A DNA stretch of 64,000 nt from Camelus ferus (GCF_009834535.1 NC_045697.1:30692001-30756000); one strand, 5' to 3'; positions 37,891 through 51,767 are shown, numbered from the stretch's first letter. The notes: generated by a model not told the origin, from the sequence alone. Translations and numbers: made by a program.

Positions 37891-40800
37891 AACCCAAGCT
37901 AGTGTTTTCCTCATGACTACAACAGCAACGCACAGAACCCTGCGGGGGCAGCAGGGTTCCCCTCCCACAGACAGTCAGAAAGCCGCATTCTCCTGTGGGA
38001 TCCCTCCTCTGCTTCCCATACGTCAGAGGCTGACTCCTAACCAGGCTAAAGTGGAATCTTTACAGAAACAGAAACTGAAAAACCTGTGCCCAGATGATCA
38101 GAGGGAGAGGTGGGCATGGCTTCTCAGGAGTTAAACTTGGGAACACTGGAAGCCTTTTGACATTGAGTGGAGGAAAATTTATTTCTCTAAGTTCCTCACA
38201 TACATATTCAACCATCATTCCTGCTGATTCAATAAATAAATAAAATAGTCAATGGTTTTCCTCTCTGCACTCTTTTGTTTCCTAGGGAAGCCAGAGACTA
38301 GAAAAGAGGAGAGAAAAACAAGAAGAACAAAGCATAGATCCAGCCGTACCTCCTAGGACAGACCCCATAACTCTCCACAGAAAAGCAACACGAGGAGAGA
38401 CCAAGGTGAAGAGTGTATCATGTGAGACTAGAGAAAGATCATTCTGGCACCTACAGAGTTAACAGCATAAGAAATTATGGTTCCTCCCTCCCACCCTAGA
38501 CTTGACAGATGAGGGTGGTAAAATCCTAAGCTACCTCAATGAAACATGCCTTCAATTTTATTCTTCCTTTTTAGAATAAAGGTAGACCATATCTATTAAA
38601 AAAAAATAATCTGGGTCACCTGAAAGTATTTCCAGAGATTCTCAGAGTTGGTACACTATGGAGGATTTAATAATAGAACCATCACACTCCTTCGTATAAC
38701 GTAAACCCAATCCTTCCAGAATTGTTTTACTGCATTGTGAAAGACGTGAATTAGACACTGGGAGCTAAAGATAGGCCACGCAAGAGGTTCCCTAGTTCTT
38801 AGCCCACAGGTTTAGATGTTTGCAGTTTAACAGACATATTTTGAACAAATAATTGCATGGCCAACTGAAGATATAAAAGAGATGCTGGAAGAATCTGGAT
38901 TTAGGTTATTCAGTGGAAGGGGTTTCTGAGGTATTTCCTGGGCACTGCTGTAGCATTAGGGAAGAAGTACAAACTATTCTTCAGTCTCCAGGAATCTGAA
39001 ATCCCTGCCTTTGCAGACCCTTAAGGAAATGTCTCATATCAAGAACATAATTAGGACCCCTATTAAAGAGGTTCAAAGTAGCACGATAAAAAATTATACA
39101 AGTTACCTAAATTATCTACTTATTACAAATACCTAATAGATTTTGATCAGGTCTAGATGATTCTTAAAGATGCTTATCCAAGAAAGTCTTACTTTCTAAA
39201 TGAAAAAAAATATGATCAAGCTTTTTAAGAAACTCCTTTGTGGACACTGTCCACACCTGGCAATGGCTGGGCAGGTAACTGGGTGAGGACACCCTGCATT
39301 GCTCTCAGGCATCAGTGGGCAGGGGAGGCTGCTCGCGCTATGAAAGAAGTTGGGAACAGCCGGAGGCAGAAAGGCCCGTCGGATTTCTGAATTACAATTG
39401 CAGAGTGAAACCTCTACATAGACCATTTTCCTACAAAATCTCGCAACATCTCCATTTTATACATGCCATGCCCTGGCTAACCATACCAATGTCAAGAGGG
39501 AACATTAGCCTCACTTTACAGGCAGCAAACGTGGCTCAGAGAAGTCTTCTCATTTCAGTTTGCTCATCCAGGTAGAGCCGAACTGTGCCCTTAACCACTA
39601 TGCTATCACACAAGTAATCTGAGTACACATTCATTAAAATTGTCACTTGACAATAATTTACACACCCACAATTTATTTCCTATTATATTACTCCCTAAGA
39701 CATTATGTACCTAAGTTTATTACCTAAATGTTAATGACTCTCTGTGCTGATGGAAGGGTAATCCCATTTTTAATTATTATCAGTACAATGTAAACACATA
39801 GGATGCTCCTCTTTTCCATGGCAATGAAAAAAAAAAGATTTACCCACAGTCATTCTAATGATTTGCCTGAAATCTCAGGCTTGGGTTGCAGGACACAAGA
39901 TCTGAAGGAACTATGATGCAACGTGATGTTTCCTTCCCTGTGGGGCAGCAAATGAGTTCCCCACAGCAGGTCCGACCCCAGGTGGCCAGAGCTGTAAAGT
40001 CACCACTTAACTCCCTGGGAGAAAACCTTCTGCAGACAGCGAGACAACCTGTGGCAGTCCGGAGCTGGACGAATCAGTGTTAATGCATTCAGCCCCAGGC
40101 GCTGCCTGTGACCTTCCACACCCAACCGGCGACTGAATTGCTAAGGACATTTCTAATCACTTTGCTTTTCATCAGATGTGATTGACTACTGCCAAATTTA
40201 AACCTACATACAACTTTTTTTTTTTTAAAGGAAACTCTTAATTAAAAATTATTCAGTGCCTCACTCCTCAAGCATTTACGGAGTACTACCTATGTGGGAG
40301 TGAGAGAGAATGGCAAATCACAACAGTCAGACGGGGTCCCTGCATGCACTGAAACTATTCCCTTGAGACTCTGTGTTTGCACCTGTAGAAACAGGTAATA
40401 GAGCAAGTATCCTTGAGGTGTTTATTGCTTCTGAGTTACCATCTTGGAAACTTCAAAATAAACATAAATGCTGCTGTCTTAACAACACATGATTCACTAC
40501 ATAGAACATCCCCGGCATTTCGGTTTTCTCTTTTTACTTGATACATTACTATTTACATCACTTGATACTTAAAACACTTCAAGAAATGTGTTTATCCAAG
40601 AGTGGGAGAGAAACGATGAAACAGATGAAAACAAAAGAAGCGATGCCAGCACAGCCTACACGAGGTGGAAGCCTGGATCCCGATGGAAGGATACCACGTC
40701 AAATCACGCGCGACTTGCCGTGCTTGTGCCTCAGCGTCACTGGCCCCACTTCTGATTTCCCTCGAGTGTCAGGCACCCGTGCACCACCTGTACCCAGGAC

Positions 40801-41194
40801 GCTGACAAGGGCCTAACGGGCTGCAGAGGTTATGCAGATGCTCACAACGCTAAGGTTTCTGCAACATGGTGAGCAACTGGAACCCAGCTCTGGAACCCCC
40901 TCTGATGGCTCCTTCTCCAGGGACCCCTGGGATCGGTCTCCCTGAATGTCACACCACATCGCTGGCACTGGTGCCCCCATTTCCTCCATCCTAACTCTTA
41001 TCCTTGTCCCGTGCCTGCACCCCATGCCTCCCCACCCCTCCAACTTGCCTATGGACAACGGCTTCTATGCTTCACACCTCTTGCTCCCCTGGCCTATGGA
41101 GGCAAATTCTTAAACCTGACCCAGCTTTCTCCACAGTTGACCTGAGTCACCTTTCCAGTGTTAACCCCCTCTGTCATTTCTTTACTGGTGCCTT

Positions 41195-41565
41195 ATAAAT
41201 ACTGTGCCACCATTAAAATGAATTATGTAGCTTCATATATACCATTACAAAACAATGGCTAAGATATAGTAAGTCAGAAAAGCACAGTACAGTATAAAGC
41301 AGTGTGGACAGCATGCTGTAATTTCTGTTTAACAACAAAGAACGTGTCCACAGACATGCACACGTACCCCTCAGATATGGCAGAATATCTATGGATGCAC
41401 ACACAAGACTGGAACCAGTGGCTGTCCCTAGAGAGGGAAACTGGTAGCTTGGGTATACAGGAGGCGGGAGAGTCACTTTTTACCACCTATGCGTTCCCTT
41501 TTTGTGACTTTAAAATTTTACATTCTGTGCCTATATGCATCCAAACAAAACACACTTAAAAATTA
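41195..41565 (+). mobile_element. Old L1 (L1ME-like) 3' fragment
   Basis: aatactgtgccaccattaaaatgaatt...taagatatagtaagtcagaaaagca...cagtggctgtccct. Confidence 0.6.
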
Positions 41566-42894
41566 TAACCTTGTGTTTAGTTTTAATGTTCCTCTTTCAT
41601 GCCCCCAATATGCCTTGCACTTACTTGCAGTAACTTTCTGCCTGTTTCCCTTACTCACCTCTATGTAACTAAATGCCACTTACTTTGTGCATAGTTCCTT
41701 AACTTTAGGATATTTTCACAGTTGCATATAGTTCCTTAAACGTCACGATACGTTCATAGCATGCTACCTACCTTATTTACATATCTATTTTGTACTGATA
41801 CTTGAATACATTTTACTTCCCTTATTATTTTTAAGCATTTGGAAGGCTGGCTTTTTTTTTTGTTTGTTTTTGTTTTTAGGATTAAAGTTTGGTTCACAAA
41901 AAGCACTTCTCCAATAAAAGATATAAACAACCCTCATGATTGCAAAAGCATACATGACTCTTCAGACTACAAGGTGCTCAAAGATGTCACAAGAAAGGGA
42001 AGAATATCACATGGATTGCTTTAAGGACAAATAGTGAAGAAATCATCATTCCAATTTGAAAATCAGAAGCCAAATACTTCTCACACTTAATTCCCATCTT
42101 ATATCCAACTTCTGAACACTGGCCTCTGCATCACGCCTTCCACAGAGCTGGCCTCTCGGCTTCTCCAACATCTCTAATTATCAGGTTTTCTCTGGGCTGC
42201 TCTTGGCGTCACAATGACTATTTCAAGCAGCTGTATCATCACCTCTCCGGTTCTGTCTTCCACCTTAAATTACACATAGTCACCTTTCCTTTAGAATATT
42301 TGCAGGTCATTTGATCTACATTTTTTTGGTTAACTCCTAACAAACCTTTCCCCCTTTCCCAGATATAGTATCATGTGATCATAGTCATGAAAAAAAGACA
42401 TCCTAGGAATTTATATTTCAGCCCAAAAGTTAGGACATTAAAACAACAACAACAACAACAACTCTACTATTGGTTACATGGTGTCACTCAATAGTTTAAA
42501 CATTTTTTTTTTAAAGAAGCAAAATATTAACACTGAAAGCTAATGCAGTTATTAAATGCTTATTATACAAAATGCTCAGGTAGATACAAATAAGTTGCAG
42601 TCACTCAGTAACCTCCTGACATAATGCTTTTGTAAAGCAGCTTTTCTGTTTCACAACATTAAGCAAATCATGTAGCAATTTCTTTGAGCTGTCACAGATA
42701 CAAAGCTAAAATCTATTTACATTAAGGGTTCAAAATAGTACAGATTATGTTCCAGCAGAACAATAGTAATAAGATATTTTTAACTTCAGGAAAAAAAAAT
42801 ACTCCACGGCTATCTGAATATAAAATAAAATACTATAAGATAATTAAGTTATCAAAGATCTTAAATTTTTTTAGTAAAAGATCATCTTACTTAC

Positions 42895-42959
42895 ATCAAG
42901 AGAGCCTTCATTTATAACAATCATTCCCATGTTCTTCCTCAAAAGTTTGCAGGAATGTC
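42895..42959 (-). CDS. ATP8A1: ATP8A1 exon, 65 nt: (G)HSCKLLRKNMGMIVINEGSLD
   Basis: Acceptor ggacatag|GA, donor GAT|gtaagt; 2 nt + 21 codons, in phase with both neighbours. Confidence 0.95.
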
Positions 42960-43269
42960 CTATGTCCAAACAGAGTAAATTGACATAATTAATTTCTCTA
43001 GAGAGAAGAGGTGAAAAGGTTAAAGTGATATTACTAAAAAGTCTAAATTTTATTTAATTTTACCCATTTTATTTGATAAAATTAAAATTTTATTTTATTT
43101 ATTTTTTTTTTAAGGAGTGATGGCAGTCAGCTGTTTTCCTGGTTTGCAGGAAGTTTAGAAAAGAAATGCTCTTGCTGGTTGTAAGAGGGATAAGATACAA
43201 GGACCTCACCTGCCTTTCTAAGACTGTCTTGATAAACCAGTATGGAAAGAGATGGGTAATGATTCTCAA

Positions 43270-44658
43270 TGTCCTGAAAACTGATAAATGCGGATGGAAT
43301 ATCCCTCCTGATGACCAACATGAAGAGCAGAAGACGGGCCAGTGGTGGTTTTGGGAGAAGGGGGCAGGGCGGTTGTATGGTCATCTCTTGGACCACCGAT
43401 CCCACCCCTATCTCCCTGCCCTTGGACTTTTATGACAACCTCTTCTCTCCTGCCCTCTCCTGCTTTGCTGCACTTGCTGAAGAGCAAAACCACTTGCTGA
43501 TTAAACCAACTCTGCCTACTCTGCACCTGTCCACCTAGAGCTGAACGTGGCTGTAGAAAACCAGGCAACCCCGCTGGCCCATCTCACATTTAAAACAATA
43601 CCATCTACACTCACTCCCTTTGTGATCTCATTCCTTCCCATGCTTTTAAATACCATCGAAATGCTGACCGTTCTAGTACTCATCTCTCCTATTCGGACCT
43701 CCTTCCTCAACTCTAGACTCACATGCCAGCATCCACTTAACAACAGACACTCAGGTATAAAATAGGCATCTCAGACGTAACACATCTGAAACCAGGCTCC
43801 TGCCCTCCCCCTAGAAACCCCGCTCCTCCTCTAGTCTTCCTCATTTTGGTTAATGGCAACTCCATCCTTCAGTGGCTGAGGCTAAAAGACTTTGAAGCTG
43901 CCCTTGATTCCTTTCTGTCTCTCATACCCAACATTTAGTCTATCAATCAATCAATCCTGTTGGCTCTATCCTCAAAATACATGCAGAACCCAACCAATTC
44001 TTTCTTCTACTGTTACCACCAGGTCCAAGCCACCACCACATCTCACCTGGATTCACAGAATAGCCTCTGGCCTTCCTGCTTCAACACTTGCTTCCCTTTG
44101 AGTCCACTCTCAGTCTAGCAGCCAGATTCATACATGCAGTTTTTTTTGCTTTTTTTTTTTTTAAACAGGAAAGTCAGATCAAGTTTTTCTTCTGCTTAGT
44201 TCAATACCATCCAGTGGTTTCCCACCTCACTTAGAGTAAACACCGAGTCTGCACAGGTCTGGGAGGCCCCATCCAACCTGGGCTCTGTTACGCAGCTGAT
44301 CTCTCCTCCCACCCTCGCCCTGTGCATTTCTGCTCTTTTCTCTAGGACAGAAAACAGCTTTCCCTAATCATCTGATGGACAAGGACCCCTCCCCTCTCAG
44401 GTGGTTCTTCCTGACCTCCCGCTGTAGAACTGAACCCCTCTGTGCCACGCCCTATTTCCCCTTGCCTGCTTTCTTTTTCTTTAGAGCTGTTATTGCCATC
44501 GAAGATACTCTGTGTTTTTCTCATTCACTTTTACCGTCCGTTTCCCTGACTAGGATCTTAGCTCCACGAGGGCAGAGACTCCAATATGTTTTGTTCCTTG
44601 TTTTTAACTGACACCTGGCACCATACACACCATCAGTTTGCTGAATGAATGAATGAAT
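43270..44658 (+). mobile_element. L2 (L2a-like), about 1.4 kb of the 3' portion
   Basis: tttaaataccatc...aggcatctcagacgtaacacatc...aatcctgttggctctatcctcaaaata...ctccacgagggcagagac...gctgaatgaatgaatgaa terminus. Confidence 0.85.
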
Positions 44659-45390
44659 TCACCTTCCCTCCTCTAGGAACAATTATGGCCCAAGAATCTA
44701 AAAGTTGCATATTGCCAGAAACCACCACCATCCTGTCCTTTTCATGGGAACTTTCATCATGGCTACAAGTCTGGACCTACCTGGAGGGTGGTTTACTTTC
44801 CCACATACCTTCTCCCTCCACCTGCAGTCATGCTGCTGGGTCATATCTGTGTCCCCAGGTCTCCTGTATCTAAACAATTCTTCATCCTGTACATCTTCCT
44901 TCCATGTTGCCTCTAACACCAGTGATGATTTTTATAATCCAAATTAACAACTTGTGTGGCCTGCAGACTTAAACTTCTACTACTTAGCTTTCTTTTAAAA
45001 ATCAATTTTCCTCAATTTACTATCAATTTAGAGTATTTTACTATTTAATACAAATACTGTATTTATAAATACAGTATTTACCACAGAATACTGTGATTAC
45101 TTACATTCCTAAAAGGAATATTAGTTTAATGTGTTTTAGATAAATGACACTTAATGACCTTCTAAAAATGTGGTTTATGTTGTGAATACCCCTGAAATGG
45201 TTTCTTCCATTTGGGGAGAGTTTTGTATGTAATTCATATCATCAGTATTATCCATTATCCTCTGGATAATGGATTCATGGTGCTCAGGCAACATATTATT
45301 ACTGAACTTGGAGGGGGAAAAAAGGTGGTATTTTTCCAGCATATTATTGGTACTTCAGGCCTCCAACAGCAAATATTAACTTTCTCGTCG

Positions 45391-45775
45391 GGTATAGACC
45401 GAACTGTGTCCCTATTTCCTCATTCATGTGTTGAAGCCCCGCCCCCAACATGAAAGGATTTAGAGACAAGGCCTTTAAGGAGTTCACCAAAGTTAAAGGC
45501 GGTCCCAAGGGTGGCCCTGATACAGCAGGACTAGTGTCCTTCTAAGAAGAGGAAGAGACACTGGATGCTCTGAGAGTATTCACAGAGGAAAGGCCAGGCG
45601 AGGACACAGAGAGAGGCGGCCACCTGCAAGCTTGGAAGAGTGGCCTCAGGAGAAACCAATCTGCTGACATCTTGATTTGAACTTCCAGCCTCCAGGACTG
45701 TGAGAAAATTACTTGCTGTCATGTAAGCCGTCTAATCTGTGGTGCTCTGTTACGGCAGCCCACGTTGACTCATAC
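45391..45775 (+). mobile_element. MaLR solo LTR (MLT1A/B-like)
   Basis: attcatgtgttgaagcc...gtgtccttctaagaagagg...ggcctcaggagaaaccaa...acttccagcctccaggactgtgagaaaat. Confidence 0.85.
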
Positions 45776-46217
45776 CACCTCTTTCTGCAAAACTGGAATT
45801 AACTGTAGGATGGATGAAAACTGGCAAAAATCTTACTTCCTATCTCAGAAATAACCTTTCACATAAACAAATGTCAGTGTACAAGCCTGCCATAACCCAG
45901 GTCTCCAGACTTTCCCAGACAACTGCATAAAGGTTATCTGCCTGTGACAATCACGGATGGAAGGCGGGAGCAGGCAGACACACAAAGGTGAGGGAGGTCA
46001 TTATGGGCTGCAAGAGCTGAAGTCTGGCTGCAAATACAGTCGCTGCAACTTTAAAGGGCCATCGGGGCCACAAGTAGACAGAGAAGCCCAATGACACCAC
46101 AAATACGGAGATCTCAGAGTAACACATCTTTCAAATCTTGAAATATTTCAAATCTATCTTCTAAAATATATCAACAGGTTAGAAAGCACCATTTAAAGTG
46201 TAAGTTGGATGAGTTAC

Positions 46218-46356
46218 CAATGTTAATGGCCGTTTCCTGCTTGTCTCCCGTAAGGATCCAGATTTTGATGTCGGCTTTCATTAGAGTTTCTATGGTTTCA
46301 GGCACTTGATCTTGTAATTTATCCTCAATGGCTGTAGCTCCAAGCAGCTGAAGATT
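46218..46356 (-). CDS. ATP8A1: ATP8A1 exon, 139 nt: [46 protein letters not shown](G), P domain
   Basis: Acceptor tttctccag|AAT, donor ATTG|gtaact; contains the TGD motif; 46 codons + 1 nt. Confidence 0.97.
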
Positions 46357-46629
46357 CTGGAGAAAAAGAGTGGAAAATTTTGAGAAGAAAAAATAAAAAC
46401 AGTTTAGATTCTTTCAGAACAAAAAATTGAAGCGTGTATATGTTTTAAAATCTGAGACTAAGTGATAATTCATGGATTTAGTGTAAATTCCATCTCTCCC
46501 ATTGAGTTGTCTCTCTAAAGGACCCTTGACTTTCATGCAGTACTTTCGGCAGGAGACTGAGGCTCCCTGAATTACCTGTCTTGACTTACTCCTCTCCCTG
46601 AGGTAAGGAACTGATTCTAAACACAAACA

Positions 46630-46631
<2 letters not shown>

Positions 46632-46667
<36 letters not shown>
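46632..46667. repeat. (CA)18 microsatellite
   Basis: Directly counted. Confidence 0.97.
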
Positions 46668-46670
<3 letters not shown>

Positions 46671-47641
46671 GGGGGAAATCAAAAGCAGTTAAAAAGAAGT
46701 AGGCAGAGGCTAAGAACAAAGAAAAACAAAAACTATGGAAGATCACCGCAGTGAAGAAGCAATCTAGTTGCCCTGCTCAAAAAAGAGTAAGGTTATATGC
46801 TGACACTATTAACTTGTAATCCGATGCCACAGCAGGAAATGTAGACACAATATACAATCAGAAAGAATGAGGACAGGAGCAATAAAAGTATTAGTCGCTG
46901 TAAGAAAGAACAGGCTGTGTTCTTCACATGGTTCCATGTTAGTTAGTAGGAGGTCAGAGTCTATTAAAGACCTCTTGCTCATTAGACGGTATTTTTCATA
47001 CAAGACCAAACACAACCAAAACATTCTGTGGAAAGCTGTTCTAATCTCTCACAAAGAAGAATGGCTTCTTGCTCTCATCTTCCTAAACGAAGGTAAATAA
47101 AGAGAACAATCTCTTGGCTGTTAGGGAAACCTGGTTTGCCAAATGGAAACAGGTAACGGTGTTTTTGGTCTTAAATACAGAAGAATGTGCAACGAAGGAC
47201 CAGTGATGGATTGAAATCTTTCTTTCCAGCCTGTTACCAGGCATTATCACTCGCTGGGTACCCTTCCCGACCGTGTTCTGCAAGCCACAACCAACTGATT
47301 CTCAGTCTTAGCCTGTTTCCCCATAACTTAACCTCCAGTGTGTTCTACTTCCGGTGTTATTCTTCTCAACCATTTTCTCCTTTCTCAACTTCATTTTTGT
47401 TTAAAATATCAGACAAGGACAGAATAGATAAAAGGGAAATAAATGCTGTGATTAGTGTTTGGCTTTGTAATAACAAAGAAAGCAACAAAGAAATCATTCC
47501 ACTTTCTATTTGTTCTCTAATATTAAGTCTTACTTACTTTTCACCAAAATGCAAGTCTAAAAACAGTCCCAAGTCTTGGTGGGCATGGAAGATAAAGTTA
47601 AATATATACACAAACGTGTAAGAGTGAGTGTGAATAGTTAA

Positions 47642-48060
47642 TGTGTATTACTTAGGAATGTTTTTGGCTATAAATAGTAGAAAAATCAGACTAAAGCTGC
47701 CTTAAATAAATTATTTAAAGAATATTTATTAATTAAATAAATTCCATATTTTGTATATAATTAGTACTGAAGTGGGTAGTTGTGGGTATAAGATTGTTGG
47801 CTTGACCATATTTCAACTCATTCTTCAGACCTCTCTCAATGTCTCAAGGTGGCTGTTGCAGCAATAATGATAACAGCCACACTTAAGAGAATAAGGGGGT
47901 AAAACCAACTGTATCCATCTCTTACTTGAAAAGCAAAAGGGTTTCCAAAAGCATATTTCCAAACACTGCAACTGGCCAGATGGTGTTACATGGCCATCCA
48001 TCCCTAACTATCGGTGTTTATCTTGTCCAGCCTCCCTCGTGGAGGTGGCAAGCTGGGACG
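47642..48060 (-). mobile_element. Old MaLR LTR remnant (MLT1J/K/L-like)
   Basis: tgtgtattacttagga...ggctataaatagtagaaaaatcagactaaagctgccttaa...ctggccaga...acatggcca. Confidence 0.45.
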
Positions 48061-51000
48061 GGGATGGGAATAGGTATTAACTGGCCAGCCCACAGCCTCT
48101 GGCACAAGGCTCACATAGAGGCGGGCATGCGTGTGCATCAGTGCTTGCGCGTACCTGCAGCAAGTGTTTTACATGTGCAGGTGCCTGCACAGAGACACAT
48201 ACGCAGCCCCCCTATTGCCCTGAATGGAAAGCCCGGCTCGTCCTGTATGTCCAAACTCAAAAGCTACCACTTCTTTGAAGTTTTCCCCTCTGCTGTGTTC
48301 TGACAGAACTTTGCTCATCTTTACACATCTTAATTTATCATATTAAGATTGGATGTTTAAATGTATGACTCTGGTAGCTTTTGTCCCAAAGTAGGGACCA
48401 TATCTCCAGGCTCCTTGTTTCACAAACGAGGAGACAGAAGCCCAGAAAGGAGCAATGATTTGTCACAGTGACATAACTTGGTAGATCATGGAAGGGCAGG
48501 GCTTGGGCCAGGATCCTCTGTACTGCCCGTGCCGTGTGTCCCTCTCTGTCCCTGATGGTGCCCAGTACCGTGCTCAACTCCCAGTCTCTGTTGGCTGAAG
48601 TAAATTCAGTTGGCAACAGTGTATCAAGGGCTAGTGCTGACTTCTCTATGTAAGTACCTCTCTACTTAAGTAATGAGTAGGAGGACGAAGGAACAAATGC
48701 AGCTCCTGTTCTGGATGTAGACTTATGTCCCTATTTGGCCTGGGGGGCGGTGAAGGGCCCCAGACTGGGGCATAGTTCTTGTAAGAATGCTGGCCTTGGC
48801 ACTAAGTGCTGATGCAAGGAAGGCCCTGTGAGACGAGATGCACCATATCAGATTCTGGGGTGAGGCTAAGTTAGGGCTCTGAGGAGTCTCTGGTCTCTGA
48901 CCACCTATAAATACAGTGCAATTTTAAGTTGGGAAAAAAATAAAGTTGGGACCATATCTTGTTCACCTTTATATTGTGTCTCCAGAATACTGACAGTCAG
49001 CGTTGGGTATATTTGCTGAGTGGGTGAATGACCAAAAAAAAAAAAAAAGAAAAAAAATCCAAATGCTATAAAGTATTCTAGACCACTTTCTCTTCAGTAT
49101 ATTCAAATAACTTCTATAGCTATTAGATACGCTTGGTGCATGACTTCTTAGTATATAAGACAGGAGGGCAAATTTCCTTCTTTAAAAAGATGGCGTTATT
49201 TTATTCTCTTTAATGGGAAGCAGATTTGAAATCTATCAAAACCCGATGAATGATCATCATCAAGAAGCTCAAGAATGAGAAGGAAGAGCAGCTCAGCATC
49301 AGCGGTGCCAGCATCACAACTGCTGCGTCTCAGGCTGAGGCCACGCTGCTGCTACCAGTCCTTCCAGCTCCTCTCAGGACATCAGCAGCTAAATCACTCT
49401 GCCCGACGTCCCGGGGAAGGTCAGGATATAGCTGTGTTCAACTGTTAGCTACTCTACAGAAGGCACAATAAGATTTTAAATGACCATGAGGGTAGTTCAG
49501 TCATCCAAGCTCTCAAAGTTTTTAAACCAAAAAGTTATTTTTTTGTAATTACGTTTCACAAAACCCTAGGGTAACCAGATAATATGAGAGCCAAGTTATG
49601 AATACATTAATTAAAAACGGATAAACAAATATATTGGTATATGTTCTAGTTCCACTCTTTGGGGATGAATGTGCTGGGGAAGCATGCGGGTATACACTAC
49701 CCTGCAGAAATCTAATAAAAATAAAATGACTGCACTGGGGAGATCACACTGAAAGCATATTTGAAAGAAGGGAAGCACCTGGTTTTGCACAGGTAAAAAG
49801 GAAACGTTTTCTAAACTGGGCATAAACAATATAAAATACCAACGAGGCAGGGCCAGCAATGTGTAGGCTGAGAAAAGTTACAAGGAGGTTAACTTGGAGT
49901 GTGTTGGTGACTAGGATAACAGGAATTTCTAAAAACGGTAGTGAAATGTTTCCGAATATTTGGCAAAATTGCAGTGGGTCTGTTTTGATGTCTACGAAAG
50001 AAAAAGGTGTGTTTGCAAGCCTGTTAATTTCCCCTTTATCCCAGGAGCTCCTCCAGCACAGCACTTACTAATTTTAGTGCAAGGCTCCCCAGCCTCCTTT
50101 CCTCTGGCCCTGGTGTCATTTATTGTGAGATTAGATCTTGAGTGATAGGCTGTTCTGCCTCTGGAAATTAATATCTTTAGCTACATAATGGTCGTTAGGA
50201 AAAAAGATTTGAACTTTGCGTGCTTTTCCTGATCATAACACGAGAGTGTTCAGGCTGTAATCAATTTCATCCCAAACATGTATTACCTTACACAGATGGC
50301 CACTAATGGCCACTGTGGGAATTACATAGTCAGCAAGTGTTGAAACGGGATAAAATTCCCATGGCATTTATGGAATTAAAAGAAAAAAAAAAAAACTTCC
50401 AACACTAATTTTACTTTCAAAATGTCACTGTGCCAAAAGTTATAAAGGTTTCAGCTGATGGCTCTTTGACATAATATAGATTTAGTTATCACTGAAAAAT
50501 CATGGAATAATATTTACCTACTAAAGCCCTCAATAATCTTTTTTTCTCTTTTAGATATTCATAATGTATGTAGAGCTTTTAAAAAAGGGATATATATAAA
50601 ATTTCTACCCTAGTGAAGATAAAAAGCTTCCTGTAGAGTATTCAAAACCTGCATGGTAAAATGAATTGTGACAGATTTAGAAATTGTTTTTTCTCAATAC
50701 ATGTACATGCTAAATAACAGAACCTCAAAATAACATATCTGTGTATTAGCAAATATTTTGTCTGGACTCAGATTATTTCGTATTTTTAAAAAGTTTGTGA
50801 TGTATTCCTAAATGAGAAAAAGCATAATAATCAAAGTCATGCCAACTGGGCTCCAGATTACAACATGGACTATTTGGCAGAAGTTTCTTTAAAGACAAAT
50901 GAAAGAAATAATGCTGGTAAATAAAGTTTTGTCACTGGAGTGAATATGGATAAATACTAGTAACATTTGGTAACCTTTATTTCAACATGAAATAAGATTG

Positions 51001-51767
51001 TGACTAGGAAGATGAAGAAGTATTTCCTTAGCTGAGAAATACCAGATACTGCTAAGGGCTTCACATCGATTCGTTCAGTTCATAGCTTCGGGGAGGTTGA
51101 GTAAATTATGTAAGGTCAAATCGGGGTACAGCTGAGCTAGGATGGTAAGAACAGAACACCAAGAATCAATACACACCCCAAGGCAGTGAGTGGGAAGTGA
51201 AACCGAGATTCAAAGAAAGCATTTTATGCAAATCATCAGGTTTTGAAACATTTGTCTCTGTTTTCAGGAATATTCTGTTTCTATGAGGCACTCCTGCCAG
51301 GTGGACCTGCTTCCTGTTTCCACCTGTGAGCCCCAGACTCACACCTGGGACTGGCCCCTTTCCAAGAGCACATGTGAGCTTGCCTCCATTCACTCACAAA
51401 TGTACACGGATCAAGTAGTTCTGGGAAAGATGGAGGGTTGCAGCCATGAGTCTCTTCCTTCCTGGCATTTGCATTTTAGAATCCATCCTTTGGATTCCTC
51501 CCTGCCTTGTTTTCTGCCTGTACTCCCTTGCCTTTTGTTGGTATCTGTTTCTCCTGGACCCTGGCAGCCTGGCTGTCATCAAGCCCCAAGTAATTAGCCA
51601 CAGGGCCAAGAGTGGAGAGCGGTGGTCTTCATGTTTACCTGAAGGGCTTGTCACACACAGATCGGTGGGCCCTATACCCAGCATTTCTCTCTGAGTATGT
51701 CTGAGGGGAAGCCTGGAAATGTGCACTGGTGACTCCTGGTTTGAGGACCTAACTGCTTGACTTGAGT

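Noticed and set aside
49250..49471. 73-aa ORF with coding-like composition (MIIIKKLKNEKEEQ...) as a retrocopy
   Set aside because: I recognise no parent protein and see no downstream poly-A or TSD. A BLASTX search would settle it.
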